Origin: Candidatus Thorarchaeota archaeon
GTDB taxonomy: Archaea > Asgardarchaeota > Thorarchaeia > Thorarchaeales > Thorarchaeaceae
DNA length: 24,464 nucleotides
Assembly: GCA_003345595.1 (NCBI GenBank)
Contig: PRDI01000076.1
Span: 1-24,464 of the forward strand
Reading direction: 5' to 3'
Shown here: in pieces, positions 1-7,089 of the stretch
How the letters are laid out: each line of letters begins with the position of its first letter
Position numbering within the stretch: the stretch's first letter is position 1
Program-made: the position numbers and the translations under genes
Notes under the pieces: generated by a model
What the model saw: only the letters and a program-made list of their open reading frames with translations
Database searches by the model: none
Told to the model about the DNA's origin: nothing

Positions 1-2
1 TG

Positions 3-746
3 AAAGACTCAGAGATGCAGGCGCTAAGGGTTGAACTCCAGAAAGCCAGAGGAGCGCTCGACACAATCGCACGGGAAATGCAGGGAATCAGGGTCGAGCA
101 GGCCCAAGCCCTCTCAAAGAAGAGAGCTGCGAATGGAGACAGCGTGTTGCGGGAGGAACTCACATCGGCCCAGCAGGCCGTGGAGAGAATCAGGGGAGAC
201 GTCAAGCGCTTGTCCAGCGCGGCGACGGCTGTCTTGAATGGAGAAGCAGGCGCTATGGAGATACTCCGTGAGGCCCTTTCCGAAGTCGGTGACCCGAAGT
301 ACAGGGTGCTCAATCTCGTGCTAAAGCGCAGATCCGTAGGTCTCGACGAAGTCGCTTCCATCCTCGTCAGTGATTTGTCCGAGACGCTCAAGATCGCCGA
401 GGAACTCCAACTGTCTGGCGAGGTCGAGATCAAGGATGGGCGTACAATCATCCCGGCGCTGAAGTATCGACAAGTGAAGATTCCACTCGAGGAGTGGAAG
501 GCTGCCACACCTGACAGCATACTTGCTTCACTCGAAGAAACCGTGGCAAAAGCCGAGGGAAAGGAGAGTGTCGCAGGAGCAATCGATGCAGCGGTAGAGA
601 TACTGGAACAGAAAATGACCAGAGGCGGAGCAATGGTTTTCGAGATGCGACGGACTGCCAGCACTTGGAGAAAGCAGGAAGGCAAGATAGAGGAACTGCG
701 ATACAGAATCAAAGAGTGGAGAGCGCGAGCCAATTCACTCGGCTAG
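3..746 (+). CDS. Coiled-coil + winged-helix + C-terminal helical-bundle protein of unknown function (probably 5'-truncated by the window edge)
   Basis: The frame is open from base 3 (KDSE before the ATG at 15). The N-terminus is rich in heptads. DPKYRVLNLVLKRRSVGLDEVASILVSDLSETLKIAEELQLSGEVEIKDG has a wHTH pattern. The stop overlaps the convergent gene by 4 bp. Confidence 0.65.
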   Translation, partial: KDSEMQALRVELQKARGALDTIAREMQGIRVEQAQALSKKRAANGDSVLREELTSAQQAVERIRGDVKRLSSAATAVLNGEAGAMEILREALSEVGDPKYRVLNLVLKRRSVGLDEVASILVSDLSETLKIAEELQLSGEVEIKDGRTIIPALKYRQVKIPLEEWKAATPDSILASLEETVAKAEGKESVAGAIDAAVEILEQKMTRGGAMVFEMRRTASTWRKQEGKIEELRYRIKEWRARANSLG

Positions 747-1150
747 CTATCTTCTTTGCGTCCTGATTTCTTCATGGCGTCTTTGACATAATCGCCGAAG
801 TCGGATGTTTCGCCGTCACGCTGAACACGGATCTTGGGTTCCTCACCCTTCACCTGGCGCTCAATGTAGACTATGTCCAGCTGAGTGACGGTTTCGCGAA
901 GACCTCGATACACAATCAAGTAGAGCAGAATCTCCTCGACCTTCGCACCGACGGCCGGCTCCCTCTTCTTGAGGTCCTGTAGATAGGCATCGGCGTCAGC
1001 AGCGAGAAACCTCTTGATCAGCTTGACTCTCTCGACCTCCACCTTCCGATCATGTTCTCTGGTCGCCTGCATCTTCTTCTCACGTGCTGCGAGCTCTGCC
1101 ATTTTCTTTCGGCGTATGACTGCAAGCTCAGAGTCGTCATCGCTCAACAT
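743..1150 (-). CDS. PDCD5/TFAR19-like (archaeal dsDNA-binding family) protein, divergent, with C-terminal extension
   Basis: N-terminal DDDSELAVIRRKKMAEL matches the PDCD5 D-x-EL-x-x-IR-x-x-K-x-AEL start. LIKRFLAADADAYLQDLKKREPAVGAKVEEILLYL parallels the LLRQILTPEARERL..IK..KPE.A..VE..LIQL core. Confidence 0.7.
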   Translation of the reverse strand: MLSDDDSELAVIRRKKMAELAAREKKMQATREHDRKVEVERVKLIKRFLAADADAYLQDLKKREPAVGAKVEEILLYLIVYRGLRETVTQLDIVYIERQVKGEEPKIRVQRDGETSDFGDYVKDAMKKSGRKEDS

Positions 1151-1278
1151 GGAGTCCTCGTCGAGTTCGGCTAAGGAACACTCAAAAGGGTGTCGCTGCG
1201 ACTAGCGTTTCCTTTTTAGGACCCAGAACACAACAGTTATGGGGATTGGCTTAACCCCTGACAAAGGAGAACTGGCAG

Positions 1279-2214
1279 TTGGCTGCTGGCGGAAAATGTG
1301 ACTGGTTGCGGGGATCACTGTCAGGCAACTCATGCGGACTTCGAAACCAGATTCTTGCTAGGCCGGAGGTCATCGCAAAGTGTTCGAACACGGACATGGC
1401 GCCGATATGCGTTGATGCATACAAGTCCTTGTCCAAAGGGCAAGAGTCCATTGATCTGGGCAGCACTGACGCTTTTCCTTGGCTGATAGATTCTGCAACC
1501 CAGTTCGAGAATCTGCAAGAACTCGACAACGCAATCATGGCGTATGTGAAGGGTATCAGTTTCGCGTCAGGGCTCGGCCTCACTGACAGAGGGTATGAGT
1601 TCTTTCGATATGCAAGGTCAGTCTTCGAAGATGGGCTGAACCATTCGGATGCTTCATTGAAGAATCCTGCGACAAAGCAGATGCTCGTGAGAGCCGGGCA
1701 AGCTCTCATCGATTCTGCCCGGAAGAAGACGGAGCAGGCTCCGGTCACGGATATGCAGGCCGAACTGAAGGCCAGTCTTCTTAGCGGGATTAGCTTGAGA
1801 AAGGCGGACAGGGAAGAGAGTAGGGATGTCATCGTCGTTGACGGGCGACAGCTCTACGCCAAGAAGGCTCAGGAGTACAGGGATAGTGCAGAAACCTACC
1901 TCAAGTCTGGCATGCTCAAGAGCGCTGTGATCTTTGCATGCATGGCGGCCGTGGCAGACCTAATGCTGGGCAAACCGACGCAGGGGATGTCTTACCTAGC
2001 TAAGGTCGTCGCCGACTCAGGAGAAAGTGACAAGTTCAACGACAACCCGTGTTTCATATGGACCAAGCTCGTGTTCAAGGGATATGTCAGTAGAGACATC
2101 TCTGCCATAGAAGAGGCGAAGACGAAGTTCCTGAGCATACCTTGGGGCTTCAAGGACGACAAAGAGTTTGCCAGACGAGTCATGGACTCTGTATATCGTC
2201 GCATCACCGAGTGA
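1279..2214 (+). CDS. Hypothetical alpha-helical repeat (TPR/SNAP-like) protein with an N-terminal 4-Cys region and a central WH2-like segment
   Basis: 311-aa ORF with a TTG start after an AGGAG SD-like motif. It has amphipathic helical repeats with TPR-like A/Y/G spacing and Cys at positions 7, 19, 35 and 44. It overlaps the convergent gene by 11 bp. Confidence 0.6.
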   Translation: MAAGGKCDWLRGSLSGNSCGLRNQILARPEVIAKCSNTDMAPICVDAYKSLSKGQESIDLGSTDAFPWLIDSATQFENLQELDNAIMAYVKGISFASGLGLTDRGYEFFRYARSVFEDGLNHSDASLKNPATKQMLVRAGQALIDSARKKTEQAPVTDMQAELKASLLSGISLRKADREESRDVIVVDGRQLYAKKAQEYRDSAETYLKSGMLKSAVIFACMAAVADLMLGKPTQGMSYLAKVVADSGESDKFNDNPCFIWTKLVFKGYVSRDISAIEEAKTKFLSIPWGFKDDKEFARRVMDSVYRRITE

Positions 2215-3550
2215 TTCGCAAGTGTGCTATGAAGAAACCGTTTGTCGAATGCCTGTGGGGAAACAGTCTGCACACACTCTGTGAACACCTGAAGCTGGGA
2301 TATCCAGGGGAATTGGGGATAGGCGGTCGGACAAGCTCAAACCTATGCCTAGTCATAGCTGAATCGATTTGCGACTCCCCTTCATGTGGGAGCAGAGAAC
2401 AGGTCGCATACACAATCTCCGTACCGGGTCTTCCGGAATAGGCCGTCAGAATCCCATCGAGGATTTTGTGTTGAATGGACATTATGTCAAGTAGTGTGCT
2501 CTTGTTGAGCCGCCACTTGAACGACGGATGGCTACGGAGGACTCCAGTGGAGGTACACGGAGCGTCTATGAGTATCTTATCCGCGTTCATTACGGGAGAC
2601 CTAGATGCGTCAGCCTGTAGCCACTCTACCTCTCCGCAACCCAGTAGCTCGGATCTCTGATGACCCATTCTAGCGCGTTTCGCGTAGACGTCTGTCGCCA
2701 CAACTCTACCAGTCCGATTCATCATCTCCCAGATGAGTTGAGTCTTCATACCGGGAGAAGCACAGGCATCCCACACGGTGTCACCAGGGCGAGGGCCCAA
2801 AGTGACAACAGTCATCACACTCGCCTTGTCCTGAATCAGTATCTCGCCTCGTTTGAAACGGTCAGAACCCACGATGGCGTCAATCCCCTGCTTTACAAGA
2901 AAAAGACCCGGCAGGTCACGATCGGATTGCAGGTCCACTCCAGCCACAGCATGTGGAATAATTGCGTCCTGGTCGTCTGCCTTCAGTCTATTGACTCGGA
3001 TGAAATAGTCGCGCGATGTGTTGTCCTGCTCCATCAGAGACACAGCTTCATCGGATGGAAGATTGTCAAAAAGCGTTCGAACCAGGAACGAGGGATGGGA
3101 GAGTCGTATGCTATATCGCTCAACGGCCGTAAGGTTCCGAATCAATCTCTGAAGGTCCAGAGACAGTGCGGTTTCAAAGACGGGGATCAACTTTGGCACC
3201 GATACAAGATAAGTTTCCCTGACGAGTTCGAGAGGGGTCTTCATCCAACGACTTTCGTATAGGGCTAGTCGAAGTAACGTTCGTTCGTGAGTACTCAGCG
3301 CTGACAACTTCTTGTGTCCTAGTGCCTTCACAATCAAGAAATCAATCGTGTTCAGGAACCTAATCACGCCTAGCGTCAGTGAATGGACCATGGGTTTGAC
3401 ATCGGACGGCATCACCGACTGAGTGTCGGCTTCACGAAGGATGGCCCTCACAGAAGAAGGACTCTGATCGTACAGCTCCAGCACTCTTAAGGCTTCAAGT
3501 CGGGCCCTTTGCTCAGGCACAGTCTTTCCCAGTCCTATCGTTCGGCACAA
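2204..3550 (-). CDS. RsmB/NOP2/NSUN family RNA (cytosine-C5) methyltransferase with NusB-like N-terminal domain
   Basis: It contains IQDKAS, motif I DACASPGMKT, motif IV ILIDAPCTSTG, motif VI VYATCSL and C-terminal FPHRHSTNGFFIA. The N-terminal helical region (LTLGVIRF...LLRLALYE) is NusB-like. The start may be the GTG at 3520. Confidence 0.92.
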   Translation of the reverse strand: MCRTIGLGKTVPEQRARLEALRVLELYDQSPSSVRAILREADTQSVMPSDVKPMVHSLTLGVIRFLNTIDFLIVKALGHKKLSALSTHERTLLRLALYESRWMKTPLELVRETYLVSVPKLIPVFETALSLDLQRLIRNLTAVERYSIRLSHPSFLVRTLFDNLPSDEAVSLMEQDNTSRDYFIRVNRLKADDQDAIIPHAVAGVDLQSDRDLPGLFLVKQGIDAIVGSDRFKRGEILIQDKASVMTVVTLGPRPGDTVWDACASPGMKTQLIWEMMNRTGRVVATDVYAKRARMGHQRSELLGCGEVEWLQADASRSPVMNADKILIDAPCTSTGVLRSHPSFKWRLNKSTLLDIMSIQHKILDGILTAYSGRPGTEIVYATCSLLPHEGESQIDSAMTRHRFELVRPPIPNSPGYPSFRCSQSVCRLFPHRHSTNGFFIAHLRITR

Positions 3551-3559
3551 TATTCACTT

Positions 3560-5227
3560 TCACAGAAACTCAGCTGCCGGTCCTGAATGCACGTATTTCA
3601 TGCGCGTGAGCATCACAGGAAAGTACTTGGCCCCAATTATCCCCGAGTCCTTGTACCCACCAAGATGGGGCATATGGGGATCAAAGTAGAGATGGTCCTG
3701 ACCAACGGATACACCTGCGGCCTCAATCTCTTTTGCCCATCTCAAGCTGACCGACTGATCATCAGTGAAAACCGAGGAACGCAGTCCAAACCGTGAGGCG
3801 TTTGCCACTCGAAGTGCCTCATCAATGCTTCCGACAGGCAACACTGGCAGAGCAGGAGCAAAGACCTCTTCCTGCATGACTCTCATAGACGCCTCCACGT
3901 TGGTTAACACCGTGGGTTTATAGAACAGGCCTGCAGTGTCAGGTTCCGATAGGTAGTTGCATCTGAATCCGCCGGTCACCACCTTCGCACCCTTTGCCCG
4001 GGCATCCTCCATTTGATCTAGTAGTAGGTACATCGCTGTGAGACCCAGCGGTGGAAGACTGACATCGGGATCCGAGGGGCGGCCAAGTTGCAGCTTCTCG
4101 GCCTCTTCAACCACAAGTCGCACCAAGTCGTCGTGTAGAGTGTCTTGCACAAGGAGGCGTTTGACAGCCATGCAGGCTTGACCGCTTCCTAGGAATCTGC
4201 CCTTCACAATCATCTTCGCTGCGAAATCAAGATTGACATCACGACCCCAGACAAGACAGGCATCACTCCCAGCCAGTTCCGGTGCCATCTGGATTCTTCT
4301 TCTTGTGGCCTCGGACCATAGCTCTATACCGGTGTCACTGTCACCGTACCAGACGATGGCACCCACCCTACGGTCCGAAGTGAATCTGTCCATGAGAGTC
4401 TTCCCTCCTCCTGTGAGGACCTGAATCATGGCAGACGGTAGCCCCATCTCTTGGAACGTCTGTAGGAATGCTTGCCCCAAGAGGATTGTACTCAACGGGA
4501 CCTTGCTTGGTGGTTTTAGTATGGTCGCGTTTCCAGCCAGTATCGATGACGTTATGCTGAGTATCCCCAAGGCAAGCGGAGAGTTGTAGGGGGTGAACAG
4601 ACAGGTAACACCGTAGGGCTCACGAAACTGGAAGTTCTTTCCGCCATCCCTGCCGGGTGCCTCCTTCAAATCCAAGTCCCGGCCCCACAGCTCGAAGGTT
4701 TCTCGTTCGAGGTATTCCGTAAACATCGTCCATGTCCATTCGAAGGTCTTTATGGGAACGCCCTCTTTGACTGATACGTCCCGCACTTCTTGGAACCGCT
4801 TCTTTATGGCGAGCCCTGCCTGGTAGAGTGCCTCCACGCGTTCATCGAGCGTGACACCGGTACTCAACAGCTTGAACGGGTTGTAGAGTTTCGGCCTGTC
4901 TCGCACCCCGGCAGAGAGTGCCCCCTCAATGTCTGGTTCACGTGAGATGGCGACTTCTGCATAAGTGGACTCATCAAGCTCATCTTTCGAATACCTGGGA
5001 ACACCATGGGCCCTCCGGTAGTCTCTCAGGTATCGCATCTCCGGAGCACTGCGCGGTATGAAACTCGGCAGTCTGGAGAAAACCAATCGCTGCATCGCTG
5101 ATGTATCCCTCATCTGGAGAGCTATTGCGATGCCCGGGTCAACGACGACCTTGTCCATATCAGGAAATGTCGCGTGCTTCCCAGTGTCCACTTCCTTGCC
5201 ATCAACGATTATCGGATAGATTCGCAT
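3560..5227 (-). CDS. Aldehyde dehydrogenase family protein (atypical)
   Basis: It contains REPYGV, TPYNSP (oxyanion Asn), LAGNATILKPP, ELAGSD (catalytic Glu), GQACMA (catalytic Cys), EEVFAP, ANASRFGL and GGYKDSG. Confidence 0.9.
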   Translation of the reverse strand: MRIYPIIVDGKEVDTGKHATFPDMDKVVVDPGIAIALQMRDTSAMQRLVFSRLPSFIPRSAPEMRYLRDYRRAHGVPRYSKDELDESTYAEVAISREPDIEGALSAGVRDRPKLYNPFKLLSTGVTLDERVEALYQAGLAIKKRFQEVRDVSVKEGVPIKTFEWTWTMFTEYLERETFELWGRDLDLKEAPGRDGGKNFQFREPYGVTCLFTPYNSPLALGILSITSSILAGNATILKPPSKVPLSTILLGQAFLQTFQEMGLPSAMIQVLTGGGKTLMDRFTSDRRVGAIVWYGDSDTGIELWSEATRRRIQMAPELAGSDACLVWGRDVNLDFAAKMIVKGRFLGSGQACMAVKRLLVQDTLHDDLVRLVVEEAEKLQLGRPSDPDVSLPPLGLTAMYLLLDQMEDARAKGAKVVTGGFRCNYLSEPDTAGLFYKPTVLTNVEASMRVMQEEVFAPALPVLPVGSIDEALRVANASRFGLRSSVFTDDQSVSLRWAKEIEAAGVSVGQDHLYFDPHMPHLGGYKDSGIIGAKYFPVMLTRMKYVHSGPAAEFL

Positions 5228-5275
5228 TGGCTGGCCTTCATAGGGGTTCTGGGCTCTGTGGCGAGTGGGACTGTA

Positions 5276-5821
5276 TTATAGTCTTTCTGAAGACATAATC
5301 TGTCTACGGATTTCTTGATTGTCTTCAGGTTCTTGCGCCACAGGACGTTCATACATCTGAACAAGCATCCCGGGCTGTTGCTCGTATGGATCACCCCACG
5401 GACGAAATCCGAATTTGTGCATAAGACGCATGCCCACGTCTTGACCAACAAGTATGTTGCAGTAGTTTCTGGAACAACCATGGCTACGAGCATACTCAAT
5501 GAAGTGAATGTACATGGCTGAAGCAAGCCCACTCGCTCTGCATGAAGGACTCACCGTCTGGTGTTCGCCGAAGAAGCCCTTCTCCGTGATCTTGGCCTTG
5601 TAGACCCCCACGATTCTGCCTTTGAGTCTGCTACCGAAGTAGTGGTAGCTGGCCCGCATCTCTTCGACAATCTGCTTTGAGGAATATGACCTCTTCTCCC
5701 TCCAGGACTCTGGGTACTCTGTGGCAAGCGGCCACACTTCCATGAAGAGTCTGGAGATGTCTCTCGCGTCCTCCTCTCCGAACTCTACTATCCGGATCTG
5801 CTCCGCCGGTATGAACGCCAT
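5276..5821 (-). CDS. GNAT family N-acetyltransferase
   Basis: It has motif A (VSPSCRASGLASAM), GRIVG and motif B (MHKFGF). The start is reassigned to ATG 5821 (MAFIP), which follows AGGAG and avoids an overlap with the radical SAM gene. Confidence 0.8.
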   Translation of the reverse strand: MAFIPAEQIRIVEFGEEDARDISRLFMEVWPLATEYPESWREKRSYSSKQIVEEMRASYHYFGSRLKGRIVGVYKAKITEKGFFGEHQTVSPSCRASGLASAMYIHFIEYARSHGCSRNYCNILVGQDVGMRLMHKFGFRPWGDPYEQQPGMLVQMYERPVAQEPEDNQEIRRQIMSSERL

Positions 5822-5853
5822 AGGGACTCTCCTACAGCAGGTGAAGGCCTGTT

Positions 5854-5859
5854 CATAAA
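5854..5859 (-). promoter_or_regulatory. Possible archaeal TATA box for the GNAT gene
   Basis: TTTATG on the minus strand about 33 nt upstream of ATG 5821. Confidence 0.3.
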
Positions 5860-5933
5860 CCTCTGCCTGCGTGATACCAATGCGGAACGCAACGGAATCC
5901 TGTATGGGAACGCCCATCGGCATCAGAGCAATA

Positions 5934-7058
5934 CTAGTGTCTCTTCTGGGCCCAGTCGAATGCTTCCTGAATGGGCGTGCAGCCACCACACCTGTGGCAA
6001 CCAGCCGCAGTCTTCTTGGGATTGAGGTGATGCCTTTGTAGAATCTCACCCACTCTCATGTAGAACGCCATCGTTTCCTCAAGATTGCCGACGTAATCAG
6101 GCGTGAAGTCTGCGAGCTGACTCCCCGGCGCAGGCCGGACGGGAGTGACTACCGGCATGACACCCATCTCGGACGTTTCCCGGACCAGTCCGAGTGTCGT
6201 TTCGATATCTTCACCCAGCCCATGCAGTATGAAAGTGCTCACATTGCCTCTCGCAAATTGACTGAGTGCACACTCCCAGCTCTTACGATACAGCTCAGGA
6301 GACCCTTGCTTGAACTTCCCTGGGCATATCTTTTCCCTAATCGACTCATCAGCGGATTCTATGTGGATGCCCACTGCCTTGGCACCAGCATCGGCAAGTC
6401 TCAGAATCAGGGTTTCATCGACAGAGGGCTCGAACTGCACGCCGACAGGAATCGTGCTCAACTCGTGTATGCGTTTCACGATTCCAATGAGGCGCTCACA
6501 ACCCATGTCGGATCCTGAAGGAGTCCCGGTCGTGAGTAGCACACTCGTGATCACACCTTCTCTCTCTGCGGCATCCACTACCTCGGCAATTTGATCGGGT
6601 GTCTTTTCAAGCACCGTGTCGCCAGCCGAGTGAGAGAGCGGTATGGTGCAGAACTTGCATTGTTCACCCTTGTTCCAGTATCTGCAAGACTGATAGACTG
6701 TTGTCGCCAGAGTGCCGTTCCCATGAAGCAGAGCCAGCTTCTGATACGGGATGCCATCGGCTGTGGACAGGTCGTAGAACTTGGGTCGCTGTACTGCTTT
6801 TAGATGAGCCGCTCCATCGTGAAGCCAGATTGCGGGGTTCTTGGTTGGGACAAGGGGCCTCGACCCAAATCTCTCTGCAAATCGTCCCTGACGAACGGGT
6901 ATCCCACAGGGACAACCATTCGGCAACGTGAAGTATCTGCTACCAACTGGCCCAGCGCCACCTCTTCTGCCGGTTGACTCACCCTCAGGGAGGATGACAC
7001 CTTCAGTTAAGAGGCGCACTTTCAACCTGAGCAGGTCTTCCGCGTTCATAGGAATCAC
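5934..7058 (-). CDS. Radical SAM protein, MSMEG_0568 (Nit1C NitD)/biotin-synthase-related type
   Basis: It has LATTVYQSCRYWNKGEQCKFCTI (CX8CX2C), EKTPDQIAEV, LTTGT, GIHIES and GLGE, plus C-terminal AGCHRCGGC. These are features I recall for the MSMEG_0568 family. The start is GTG 7058 or ATG 7049. Confidence 0.8.
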   Translation of the reverse strand: MIPMNAEDLLRLKVRLLTEGVILPEGESTGRRGGAGPVGSRYFTLPNGCPCGIPVRQGRFAERFGSRPLVPTKNPAIWLHDGAAHLKAVQRPKFYDLSTADGIPYQKLALLHGNGTLATTVYQSCRYWNKGEQCKFCTIPLSHSAGDTVLEKTPDQIAEVVDAAEREGVITSVLLTTGTPSGSDMGCERLIGIVKRIHELSTIPVGVQFEPSVDETLILRLADAGAKAVGIHIESADESIREKICPGKFKQGSPELYRKSWECALSQFARGNVSTFILHGLGEDIETTLGLVRETSEMGVMPVVTPVRPAPGSQLADFTPDYVGNLEETMAFYMRVGEILQRHHLNPKKTAAGCHRCGGCTPIQEAFDWAQKRH

Positions 7059-7089
7059 GAGCAGATTCAGGTCGATGCTTAATCTGTCT

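Noticed and set aside
1251-1832. 193-aa minus-strand ORF
   Set aside because: It is an antisense shadow of the 1279-2214 gene, Ser-rich and without motifs.
2660-3262. 200-aa plus-strand ORF
   Set aside because: It lies wholly antisense to the well-supported m5C methyltransferase and has no recognisable motifs.
5822-6049. 76-aa N-terminal extension of the GNAT ORF
   Set aside because: It overlaps the radical SAM 3' end, and a better SD-preceded ATG exists at 5821.
5934-7058. Calling the radical SAM protein BioB or LipA
   Set aside because: It has CX8CX2C spacing, lacks the LipA N-terminal CX4CX5C motif and has no biotin or lipoate gene context.
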